A stretch of 64,000 nt of DNA, taken from positions 4,960,001 through 5,024,000 of the forward strand of contig OX597832.1 of assembly GCA_951406725.2 (NCBI GenBank), written 5' to 3'. Below the pieces are notes generated by a model. It was given only the letters and a program-made list of their open reading frames with translations. It was not told the DNA's origin and searched no databases. A program made the translations under genes and the position numbers. The stretch is from Octopus vulgaris. Its lineage: Eukaryota. Shown here piece by piece: positions 52,625 to 64,000 of this stretch; position 1 is the stretch's first letter, and each line of letters begins with the position of its first letter.

Positions 52625-52962
52625 GAATAAGAAAATGGAGATATTGAAGTTAATAAGAGTTTATTATCAGCAAAAAAATCGATCATTAACCCTTACAGCT
52701 GTTTCAATTAAGCTTTTGTATTGACACACTTGGTAACATTCATATCTGTTTGACTATCATTCACATAACTACTTTTCGTTAATAATCATATTAACACATC
52801 TTTAACAACGAAATAAGGTCTAATATGCACACACATTTTTATATTTATATATTTTATATATTTATACTTTCATTTTTACACATATATTCATGTTGATTGT
52901 TTAATTTAATTATTATTTATATTATTGCTTGCTAACCCCATGCTGTCAAAAATGACAACTAG

Positions 52963-53721
52963 TCTATTATGATAATACTTTTGTGTATTCCTCCGTCACA
53001 ACATATGAATGTGAAAGGAAGGAAGGGGTGATGGCACACTTGGTAGTGGGATGATGGAAGTTCTACGGGGAAAAAAAATCAAACAGCATTTCAACTCTGT
53101 GTGAGTATATGCGTGTATATGTATGTAAAAAGGAGTCATGTGAATGTTTGTGTGTGTGCAATGGAAGTGGGATGGTGAACATTCAATGTTGAAACGAAAA
53201 ATCAAACAGCAATTCAACTCTGTGTGAGTATATGTATGTATGTGTGTGCATGTACAAGGGAAGTATGTGAATGTTTGTATCTGGATTATTTTGTACCTTA
53301 TCACCTCTGCCTTAGCGAAGGCGGAGGTATTGTTTTCAGTCATGTTTGTTTGTTTGTTTGTCCGTGGACAAAATATCTCAAAAACCGCTGGATGGATTTT
53401 GATGAAACTTTCAGGGATGTTTGGCCTCATGACTGTCACAAACTGATTAGATTTTGGGATCGATCAGGTATCAGAAAAGGATTCTGGATTATTTTTCCTG
53501 TTTTTCTTCTTAATCTTTGAGGGCGGTCCGGTTCATTTTTAGTATTCTCATTTGTGAGAGCAGTTGAGTTTATTTCAGATATTCTCATTTTAAAAATCAT
53601 CTCTGGCTAATTATTGAGAGGACGTTTCTGTTGCCTTGACGGAGGTTTGCACTCTCTGAGTGCTCTTGTTTATATATAAAATGCAATTTGCCGTCATTTT
53701 TTATGGCACAGGGCCTGCTAG
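52963..53721 (+). mobile_element. Non-autonomous Helitron-like element, copy 1 (with nested insertion)
   Basis: Starts TC and ends with hairpin gccgtcatttttt atggc, then CTAG. Direct repeat of 53730-54195. Confidence 0.65.
53301..53668 (+). mobile_element. Helentron-associated (HINE/DINE-1-like) element
   Basis: 5' subTIR/IR acctctgcc..ggcggaggt, (GTTT)n, 3' subTIR gacggaggt and palindrome gcactc-tct-gagtgc, in a T-rich target. Absent from the paralogous site at about 54138. Confidence 0.85.
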
Positions 53722-53729
53722 CTGTAGTA

Positions 53730-53937
53730 TCTACTATAATAATACTCTTGTGTATTTCTCTATCACAACATATGAATGAGAAAGGAAGGGGTGATAGATG
53801 AATAAGGAAGGAAGGGATGATGGTAAACTTGGTAGTGGGATGATAGAAGTTCTATAGTGAAAAAAAATCAAACAGCATTTCAACTCTGCGTGAGTATATG
53901 TGTGTGTATGTAAGTATGTAAAAGGGAGTTATGTGAA

Positions 53938-53968
<31 letters not shown>

Positions 53969-54195
53969 TTGTTTATGTGTGTGTGTGTGTGTGCAATGGA
54001 AGTGGGATGGTGAACATTCAACACTGAGACGAAAAATCAAACCGTGTTTCAACTCTGTGTGAGTATATGTGTGTATGTATGTGCGTGTACACACAAGGGA
54101 AGTTGTGAATGTTTGTATGCGTGATTATTATGTACCTTATTTATATATAAAATACTACAATTAGCCATCATTTTTGATAGCATGGGGCCAGCTAG
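53730..54195 (+). mobile_element. Non-autonomous Helitron-like element, copy 2
   Basis: A|TC ... gccatcatttttgatagc hairpin ... CTAG|T. A third, inverted and deleted copy lies at about 54294-54570. Confidence 0.7.
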
Positions 54196-54401
54196 TTTTA
54201 TATATAAATAAGGACAAAAGATAGATTATGGATGTTAATTCAAATTAATCAATGTTATCTAGTGGTTGTATGTTGAGATGTGACAACAATCTTTACAAAC
54301 ATTCACATACTTCCCTTGTACATGTACACACATACACACAGAGTTGAAATGCTGTTTGATCTTTCTTTTCAGTATTGAATGTTCACCATCCCACTTTCAT
54401 T

Positions 54402-54438
<37 letters not shown>

Positions 54439-54850
54439 AACATTCACATGCCTTCCTTTTACATACATTCACATATACTCAGAGTTGAAATGCTGTTTAA
54501 TTTTTTTCTCCCCATAGAATTGCCATCACCCCTTTCTTTGTCATTCATATACACAAGAATGTTATCATAGTACATATTATCCCTCCATTACACCTATTTT
54601 TAGTATCTTTTTATACCAGTCACCTATTATAACTAACCTATTGTACACATCTAACAACATTTGAGCATACACAATTGCTAAACCTTATAACTATTTGACT
54701 TTTATTCTAACTTTTGAATAGACACAAATGGTAACATATACGTCAGTTTGACTACTATTCAAAAAACTACCTTTCAGTAATAACCATATTAATACTTTCT
54801 TCACAAAAAAATATGCCTGACATACACTAACATTTCTATTTTTATATTTA

Positions 54851-54935
54851 CTTTATTTAAAGCAGCAGAAAATTCAACAAAACCTGTTACTCTGAGTAAC
54901 AGGTTTTGTTGAATTTTCTGCTGCTTTAAATAAAG
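54851..54935. repeat. Perfect palindrome, 42-bp arms, 1-nt spacer
   Basis: ctttatttaaagcagcagaaaattcaacaaaacctgttactc T gagtaacagg...taaag. Confidence 0.9.
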
Positions 54936-55670
54936 CATATTACTCCCCTTGTACATGTACACACATACACACATATACTCACACAGAGTTGAAATGCTGG
55001 TATTTGAGTACTCTTTTTTCCACCTTGCTTCATATTTATGTGTTTACTCCGGTATTTTTATATTTATATATTTATACCTTTTCTCTATTAATTTAATATA
55101 CATGTATGTATGTGTATATGTACATATATATATACATATAACTCTGTGTGTATGGATTGCCAGCACAGACACATGTGTGTGTGTGTGTGTGTGCATGTAT
55201 GGGTACATGTAAAAATATATATATATGTATGTAATTAAGTATGTATGTATGTATGTATGTATGTATGTATGTATGTATGTATGTATGTATGCATGTATGT
55301 ATGCATGTATGTATGTATGTATGCATGCATGTATGTATGTATGTATTGATATGAGTATAAATTTATGCACAGTTGCATTTATATACATGTAACTATGGTT
55401 GTATAGTTTGCCAATACAGACATGAATGTGCACATATATATGTGCACAAGTATGGATGCATGTGAATATGTATGTATAGATATATGTATGGATCTATGTG
55501 CAGGTGCATTTATATATGTGAATATATTTATGTGTGCTATAATCTATGTATATTTGTACCTATACATATATGGATGCAAGTGAATACACTTTTACACCTA
55601 TTTATAAGTATGAGTTTATATGTGTATATATTTGTATATATGCGTGTGTATGTGTGTATATGTTTGTGAA

Positions 55671-55701
<31 letters not shown>

Positions 55702-55792
55702 GGGGAGAATTCATGAAAAAAAACAAAAGACGAAGACAGGTGGTGTAGACAACAAACAGATGTATTTGTATAACACTCCGGAAGTGAAAAAG

Positions 55793-55830
55793 TCTTTAAC
55801 GTTTCGAGCCTTCGCTCTTCCACAGAAAGA
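55793..55830 (-). ncRNA. Variant hammerhead-like motif in a probable PLE terminus
   Basis: tcttt CTGTGGA a gagc-gaag-gctc GAAAC GTT aaaga. Stems I and II are intact, but the core has A6>U. Confidence 0.5.
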
Positions 55831-55936
55831 AACAAGGAGAGAAAGTAAAGAATGTTTAGTGGCTACCGATCTATCACAGTTATGTGAGTGTATGTGTATG
55901 TACACACCGTTGTCTATGTATGTTAGTGTATATATA

Positions 55937-55968
<32 letters not shown>

Positions 55969-55971
<3 letters not shown>

Positions 55972-56081
55972 TTTATAGAAGGAGCTTCTACAGGACTAGA
56001 ACTGTTTCATTCAGATGAAATCTTCAAGATTTCATCTGAATGAAACAGTTCTAGTCCTGTAGAAGCTCCTTCTATAAAATA
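55969..56081. repeat. Perfect palindrome, 56-bp arms, 1-nt spacer, adjacent to (TA)n
   Basis: Centre tctt C aaga at 56025. The arms are exact reverse complements by eye. Confidence 0.92.
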
Positions 56082-56149
56082 AATTACTTTACTCTGCTGT
56101 GTATTGAGTACCTTATTTACTGTGGTTAACCCCAACTCAACCCGGGACC

Positions 56150-56187
<38 letters not shown>

Positions 56188-56949
56188 AATGAGGTAATCA
56201 GATCGGATGGTTCATATTTATAGATATTTATTTATATATTACATTTTTTACATATTTATCATATCATTCAGATCATATCATTCGGATTAGCGCTTTCTCG
56301 CTTTCTCCCAATCGAGTGGGCTTTTCAAATCAAATCAATTCCTTGTGGGTAATTTGAACATTTTATAGTTTTGTAGTAGTGGTGGGGAGGAATAAGACAG
56401 TATAAAAGGGTGAAGAGGAAGTGAGACAGAGAAAACATGTGTGTATGTGTATGTGTGTGTGTGTGTGCATTTGTATCTGATAGGAAAGAAGAAGTATTGT
56501 TATTCCTTTGGCCTACTGGACCTCCTGTGGTTTTCTAAGAAATTTGGCTCTGCTCTCTGTCCAGTCTCCTGTCACTGAGTGTGTGTTGTGCATAGGCTGG
56601 CCAGACAAATGTCATTTGGGGTCACACTTTCTATGATTGTTTTGTGGAGGTGTGTGTGTGTGTGTGTGTCCGTGTGTGTTTTTTTTGTGTGTGTATGTGT
56701 GTGTCTCTGTGTGTTTGGAGAAGGAGAGAGAGAAAGAAAGAGAAAAGGGAAAGTAAAAATAAAAATAAATATAAAAATAAAAAATAATTAAAAATATAAA
56801 AAATAAAAAATAAAAAAATAAAAAATAAAAAAATAAAAAATAAAATATAAAAAAATAAATAAAAATAAGGGAGGAAGTGGAGAAGAAAAAAATATTTTTG
56901 TGTGTTGATATTTATACCAATACATATATATATATACACACAGACTTAT

Positions 56950-57140
56950 ACATAAAATATTTGAAAAAAACCTTTTTATCGGTTCAAAATGAATAACCAA
57001 ATTACACCATCTTGAAAATTGTATATCATAGGAAAGTTAAAATTAAAGTGACAATTAAAGGGTAAAGATGGAAGTAAATTATAAAGATAATAATATAATA
57101 TGATGTATATAACAGGCAATACACATATCTATACACACAC

Positions 57141-57180
<40 letters not shown>

Positions 57181-58100
57181 AATCCAAACGGGAAACAAAA
57201 AAACAACAACAAGGGAACAATTACAGTATTATTATTAATAGGCGCTCAGGAAATGGAAGCAGGGAGGTATGACGTTTCGAGCGGAGCTCTTCGTCGGAAA
57301 CATAAAGAAGGAAGAGAGAGGAAAGAAAGATCCCGGAGCGGGCAACGGAGATAGAGAAAAAAACGGCTGGTGTTAGGAGTAGCACATGGTGAAAGGCGGA
57401 TGTTTACGATAACAAGAGCAAAGTGGGTTTTTAAAGGCAAAAGAGTGGAGACAAGGTTGGTAACGCAACAGATGTGTGTGTATGTGTGAGTGTGTGCGTG
57501 TGCGTGTGTGTATGTGTGTGTGTGAGGCGAGGTAAAAAAACAAAAAATATATGTATGTGTTAGTGTGTGCGTCTGTGTGTAGGCGTGTGAGGTAGGGCGA
57601 GACGGTGGTCAGCATAGCAGCAGCATAGCAGACAAAGGTCAGTAGTGAGAAAAGGGAGGAAGGAGGAAGGGAGGGAGGGGAAGGGGTGGGGGCGTATGTA
57701 GCGTGCCAGCGTGTGTTGAGTAGTAGTGTGTGTGTGTGTCCAGTGTCGTGGTAGTATTAGTGGCGAGTAGATTGAATGTGTGTAAGAGTGATGTATATGT
57801 TTAAGCAATGTGTGTATATGTGTGCGCGTGTGTGTAACGAAAAAAAGGGGGGGGTTAGGAAAAGGACTCCAGCGGAGGGGAAGATGGAAGAGTGGTCCCG
57901 CGGAGACGGGCGTGGGAAAACCCAACGACAAGCGACATCCCAGGAACGGGCGGGAGGTCTCGTCGGGTCCAAGGGCGAGGTGCATGCGAGGCGCATGCGT
58001 GCGCGAACCGGCGCAAACGCGTGTGTGCGCGAGCCTGCGAGTGTGCGCGTACGTATGTGTGCGTGTGGATGTGTGAGTGTGTCTGTGTGTATGTCTGGGT
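56950..58100 (-). mobile_element. Probable Penelope 3'/pseudo-LTR region
   Basis: 56986-57125 is a diverged direct repeat of 59270-59400, which lies downstream of the PLE ORF. Carries the hammerhead-like motif at 57267. Confidence 0.55.
57267..57301 (-). ncRNA. Variant hammerhead-like motif
   Basis: gttt CCGACGA a gagc-tcc-gctc GAAAC GTC atac. Core has U4>C, the triplet is GUC, and stem I has one mismatch. Confidence 0.55.
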
Positions 58101-59135
58101 GGCAGTGTGTCCGATGAATGTATGTGAGTATGTGTGTATATATGTGTGTGCATAGATGTATGTCCGTGTGTGTGTATGTGTGTATGAGTGTGTATGTATG
58201 TACGTGTGGGTGTGGGGAAGTGTGTGTATGTGCATGTGTGTGCGCGAACATACAGGTGTGTGAGTGAGTGCGTGTGTGTGTATGTATGTGTGAGTGTGTA
58301 TGTATGTGTGTGTAGGATGCATGTATGTGTATGGGTGTATGTATGCGTGTGTGTATGTATGTATGTGTACGTGCGTGTGTGTGTGTGTATGCGTGTAGGT
58401 GTGCGCGTGTGCATGCGTGCATGTATGTGCGTATGTGTGTGTGTGTGCATGTGTGTGGGTATATATGTGTGTGCGTATATGTGTGTGTATGTGCGTACAT
58501 GTGTGTGTGTGTGCATGTGTGTGTGTAGGTGTGTAGGCGTGTGTGTATAGGTGTATGTATGTAAGTATGTATGGGTGTGTCCGTGTATGTGTGTATGTAT
58601 GTGTGTGTATGTAGCTGTGTGGGCGTGTGTATATGTGTGTGTATGTAGGTGTGTAGGCGTGTGTATATAGGTGTATGTATGTATGTCTGGGTGTGTCCGT
58701 GCATGTTTGTGTGTGTGTGTGTATGCATGTGTATGTAGGTGTGTGTGTACGTGTGTAATGTATGTGTGTATGCGTGTGTATGCGTGCGTGTGTGTATGTA
58801 GGTGCGTGTGTATGTGTGTGGGAGTGTAGGTGTGTGTGTGCGTGTGCGTGTTTATGTTGGTGTGTGCGTATGTGAGTGTATGAGTGTTTGTCATGCATGT
58901 GTGTGCGCGTGCAGGTGAGTGTGTGTGTAAGTATGTGTGTAAGTATGTGTGTGTGTATGTTTGTGTGAGTGTGTATGTGTGTGCGTATAGGAGTATGTAG
59001 GTATGTGTGTGTGTATGTATATGGGTGTATGTATTTATGTGTGTGTGTGTGCATGTGTATAAGTATATGTGTGTGTGCGTATGTGTGTGTATGTGTATGT
59101 GTGTATATATATATACATATACACACACAGACATA
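58060..59135. repeat. About 1 kb of degenerate (TG/TA)n microsatellite
   Basis: Almost pure purine-pyrimidine alternation, which produces spurious H/T/Y-rich ORFs. Confidence 0.9.
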
Positions 59136-59188
59136 TACTAAATGTTCTACTATATTAGATTGTAAATCGAAAGATGCGTCCTTCAATG

Positions 59189-59223
<35 letters not shown>

Positions 59224-59452
59224 GCTTACACATGAAATATTAGGGAAAAATCCACCTTCTAACGAATCAAAATGAACAATCAAGTTACACCATCTTGAAA
59301 ATTGCATATCATAGGAAGGTTAAAATTAGAATGACAATTGGCGAGTAAAGATCAAGTAAGTTGCAAAAACAATATAGTGTATATAACAGGTAACATACAC
59401 ACACATACCTATATATATACACACATATATTCAATGTATGTTGAGTAAAGTT

Positions 59453-61737
59453 TCAGCCATTTAATTTGGGTGAGAACTTAGCTATGAAATGTTTTTCCAT
59501 ATTCCTCCTGAAGGAGGTGTCGTTCTTCGGACACTTGTAGAAGGGAAATATCTTAAATTTTCCTTCTCCACATGTAGCTAGGTGTGTGCTTAGTGGTATT
59601 TTGCGTAGTTCTTCCTGCCGAATATGTTGTCGGTGGATCCTGGCTCGCTGGCACAAAGAATTACCAGTTTCACCTACGTAATTCTCCTTGCACGTGGGGC
59701 AGGTTATGCAGTATATGACGTTCTGCGTCTTGCAGTTCATATCTGCATTTACTTTGAATATGTCACCATTTTTAAATCTTATCTCTCTGTTGCTCTCTAT
59801 GTATTTGTAGGTGGGGTTGCTGCAGGTTCCACATCTACCATCTCCGCACTCTTTTGCAAAGAATTCCATTTTAGTTTCTGAAGAGAATTTCGCTCTTGTT
59901 AGGTGTTTTTTTAGGTTTTTGTCCTGTCGTCTACTGTTTTTTATGCTATATTTGTTTAATATGTTTTTCATTTTGGGGCTTTGTAAGGCTATTGGTAGGT
60001 TTGAATGTATGGTTTGGAAGATGTTGGTAACTCCAGGGTTGTGTGTGTTTATAAAAGGGATAGTGTTTTCTTTGTTTTTTGTTTTGGGTGTCCTGAGTTG
60101 TGTGATGTCTAGTTTTAATGCTCTTGTGATTCCATTTTCTATTAGTTTAAGGGGGTATTTTTGCTCTAGGAGGAAGCTTTTGAGTTCATCTAGTCTTATT
60201 AATTGTATTTGTGAATCAGTTACTATGCTACATATTCGTCGTGCCATACTATATGGGATGTTTCTTTTTGTGTGGGATGGGTGGCAGGAGTGGAAATTTA
60301 AGTATTGATGTGTGTCAGTTTTTTTGTAGTGGATGTCTGTTGTGACGATGGAGTTGTGTATTTTGATGTTGATGTCTAGGAAGGGAAGTTCGTTGTGGCT
60401 GGTATCTATTGTGAAATTGATAGATGGGTGCAGCGTATTGAGGATGTTGTGGAATGTTTTTAGGTCCTCTTCTGATCTGTTCCAAAAGATGAAACAGTCA
60501 TCGAGGTAGCGTTTCCACTTTTTCTTGATGTCTTCTCTGAAGTTGTGTTCGAAGACTTTCCCTATTTCGTCATATAGTTTTTTCTCCAGGAAGCCCATCA
60601 CCAGGTTGGCATATGAAGGTGCGAATTTTGTACCCATAGCCGTGCCTTTTATCTGTCGGTATGTCTTGTTGTTGAATGAGAATGTGTTTTCTTCTAGTAT
60701 TAGTTGGGTGGCTTGGGTGATAAAGTTTGTCTTGAAGCATTCGTCTATAAGTTCTCTGTATTTTTCTATTGATTGTTTTATAGCTTCTAGACCTAGGGTG
60801 TGTGGTATGTTTGTGTATAGATTTGTGACATCAAAGCTTGCAAGTATGGTGTTTTTCGGGACTGTATTTGGAATGTGTGTGAGGAAGTCTATGTCATCCC
60901 TTATGTAGCTTGGAATCTGTGGGCATAAAGGTTTGAGGAGTATATCTATGAAGTGGCTTAGTTGTTGTGTTGGTGCCTGGGGTCCTGCCACTATTGGTCT
61001 CATTGTGAGGTCTGCAGGCCTTTGTACTCTTATATAGTGGTTCCTCTGTTCCTTTATGGCTCTCTGTATTTCCGAGCTTTTATGAATTTTAGGTAATCCA
61101 TAAAAGTTGCTTTCTTTGGTTTGTGAGTTGCATAGATAGTCTTCCTCCTTATCTGTAAAGGAGTCCTGATATTCATTGACTAAAGTTCTAATTTTTCGTA
61201 TCGTTGTTTTCTCCGGTGGTGTTGGTTCCTCTTTGTAATATGTCTGGTTGTTCAGTAACTCTAGTATCTTTTCTTTGTAGTAATCTGTGTCCATAATTAC
61301 TATTGCTCCACCTTTGTCAGCTTCTTTTATAACGATTGATTTGTCATTTTTCAGTTTTTGTAGGGCTTGTTTTTCTTCTCTGCGGAGATTCTGTTTGCAT
61401 TTGTGTGTGTGAAGAGGGAATTTGGATATTGTTTCTATGTATGTGTCAAGGTGTTTGTCACTTCCCTTGTAAGGGGTGAAGTGAGATTTTTTCTTATGAT
61501 TGAGTTGTCTTTTCTTTCTTTATTTTCAAAGAATTCCATAAGGCGGAGGTTGCGGCTGAAGTTGTCTATATCAGTTTTTAGTTCTATGAGGTTTGGAGTG
61601 GGTGTAGGTGTAAATTTGAGGCCTTTTAGTAGTAGGTTCATTTCATATTCGTCAAGTTCTCTTTTAGATAAGTTTATTATTTTGGGGTCTATGTGTTTTG
61701 GGAGTTCATCCGGAAGTTTTGGTGTATTGGGTCTGGA

Positions 61738-61738
<1 letters not shown>
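59453..61738 (-). CDS. Penelope-like (Neptune-type) RT + GIY-YIG endonuclease ORF with one frameshift
   Basis: IINLS..LLLKGLKFTPTP, ADKGGAIVIMD, FYGLPKIHK, RPIV, FDVTNLYTNI, GTAMG, RYLDD, LPFLD, Cys linker CGDGRCGTC and VIYCITCPTCKENYVGETG. One frameshift at the T6 run 61487-61492. The 5' end abuts (TA)n. Confidence 0.93.
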
Positions 61739-61774
<36 letters not shown>

Positions 61775-62456
61775 TATGTGTGTGTATGTGTGTATTTCTA
61801 TGCAAAAATAAAGGCAAGTACATATTTGTGTGTATATGCATATATGTGCATATGCAGATATGTTGGTGTGTATGTATTTATAATATATCTGTATGCACTT
61901 ATGTATATATGCATACATATATGTGTACCTGTATGTATGTAAGGGCAGGCACATATGTGTGCATGTATGCATATATGTGTATATGCAGATATGTTGATGT
62001 GTATGTATATATAATATATCTGTATGCGCTTATGTATGTATGTGTATATTTGTACTTGTATGTATGTGAATTTCTTGCCCGTATATAAGTATGAATACAT
62101 ATGCGTATATGAGTGTATTACTCATCTGTTTAATTATCTATTTACACTTATATATCTAAATGTATGTATGTGTGTGCGTATATGCACAAATCTATGTGTG
62201 CAAATTCCTATTTGATTATCATCTGTACTATTCACAATTTTACAAATATGTATAAGTGTATGCATGTGTGTATGTGTGCATATGTGTGTGTGCAAGAACT
62301 GATATGTGTATATTTGTGTATGTATGGACATAAAAATATGCCATTCTGATCAATAAGCTTTCATTTAACTAATTATCTTTTTAGTGTGCATATGTGTGTA
62401 TGAGCATTAATATGTGTATCTTCATGTATGTATATGTACATACATACATATATATG

Positions 62457-62805
62457 TCATCATCATCGTTTAACGTCTGCTTTCCATGCTACATGGGTTG
62501 GACGATTTTGACTGAGGGCTGGCGAACCAGAGGGCTGCACCAGGCTTCAATCTTGATCTGGCAAAGTTTCGACAGCTGGATGCCCTTCCTAACACCAACC
62601 ACTCCGAGAGTGTAGTGGGTGCTTTTTACATGCCACCAGCACGGGGGCCAGTCAGGTGGTACTGGCAACGACCTCGCTTGAATCTTTTTACACATGCCAC
62701 CAGCACAGGTGCCAGTAAGGCGATGCTGGTAACGATCATGCTCAAATGGTGCCTTTTACATGCCACCGGCATGGAGGCCAGATAGCCGCTCTGGCAACGA
62801 TCACA
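62457..62805 (-). mobile_element. RTE 3' tail copy
   Basis: (CAT)n, cgtttaacgtc, cagctggatgcccttcctaac and three tttacatgccacc sub-repeats. Confidence 0.85.
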
Positions 62806-63464
62806 CTACCATTCAAATCAATAAGTTACCATTTAACAAATTATCTGTTTCATTATTCACTTAAACTTACATTTACAACCAATTATTTTTGTGTGCACTC
62901 TCATGAGCTTATATTAATATTCTCACATTTATATAAATATAATTTATAAACAAATTTATATGGAAAATCTTTACACATTTCTCTTCCCTCTTACATTATA
63001 CTAGTTTAAAATTGATAATAATAAAATATTAACCCATTATTCAAAATAAAAACCTAATAAACTGAGACCTATTCAAATTCACTCAAAATGCTATCTGCTT
63101 TGAAAAATATATTTGAAATTCCACTGACCAATCGAATTTAACTGATCTAAAGGGATCTATATCACTTTCTTCTTAGGTGTGATGAATGATTAATAGTGTA
63201 AATATATTTATGTGTGTGTATCTAAGTGAATATTTGTGTGCATATATGTGTTTATATGTATGTGTACACACATGTATATGAGTATGTATATGTACGTATA
63301 TATACATATATGCGTGTATGTGTATATGTGTGTGTGTGCATTTTTATATATATGGATGTGCATGTATATATGCACATTTATGTGTGTGAGAGTGGCTGTA
63401 CATATTTGTACATGAAACGTAAGTCAGTGTGAATACTGATCAATGCTTTTTTGTATATGTATAC

Positions 63465-63510
<46 letters not shown>

Positions 63511-63804
63511 ATTAGGTGCAAGTATGCATATGTGTGATGATTTATTGTGTATATACGATGGTATATATATATATGTGTACTAAATTAACAGATGATCACA
63601 CGATATCAAATATGAGTGTCTTTTTATATAGAGATAAATTTTCTCAATTTTGTATATAACCTACAAATGTAACCTAATTCCTCATCTCATTCATATTGTA
63701 CTTTATTAACATTATAATTTACTCTTTAATCTCTATTTATTTACTCTTCATTACCCTAATTATATTTGCATATAATATCTTACCCACAACAAATCTGTAA
63801 TCCC

Positions 63805-64000
63805 CTTGTGCACATATATATGTGCGCATTCATGTCTGTATTGGCAAACTATACAACCATAGTTACATGTATATAAATGCAACTGTGCATAAATTTATAC
63901 TCATATCAATGCATACATACATACATACATACATACATACATAATTACATACATATATATATATATTTTTACATGTGCCCATACATGCACACACACACAT
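63805..64000. repeat. Inverted copy of about 55173-55450
   Basis: The unique core cattcatgtctgtattggcaaactatacaaccatagttacatgtatataaatgcaactgtgcataaatttatactcatatcaat is the reverse complement of 55345-55428. Runs off the window end. Confidence 0.88.

Noticed and set aside
57560-59192. Long ORFs of 524, 445 and 323 aa
   Set aside because: Translations of a degenerate CA/TA microsatellite (H/T/Y repeats) with no domain content.
61812-62070. Tandem duplication of about 130 bp
   Set aside because: Low-complexity purine-pyrimidine sequence, ordinary slippage-type duplication.

Overview
AT-rich, microsatellite-dense eukaryotic DNA. The SINE/RTE/Penelope repertoire looks like a cephalopod (Octopus-like) genome; this is inference. 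The only host protein-coding gene I can support is the 5' end of TM9SF2 on the minus strand: three coding exons (18563-18688, 5286-5353, 116-209) that splice in frame and are missed by the ORF track. The rest is mostly transposon-derived: mariner, DD37D and DD41D Tc1/mariner relics, Helitron and Helentron-type elements, and piggyBac-like MITEs. A decayed Gypsy element carries a nested open RTE LINE and a solo LTR. Also present are an R4/Dong 5' fragment, a nearly intact Neptune-type Penelope element, tRNA-derived SINEs and two decayed tRNA genes. The best leads are: minimal hammerhead ribozymes in (TA)n-flanked fold-back Penelope termini, a PHD-type zinc finger inside the RTE reverse transcriptase, a candidate spliced structured non-coding transcript in TM9SF2 intron 1, and several young local inverted duplications. 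All alignments were done by eye, so boundaries of decayed elements are approximate.
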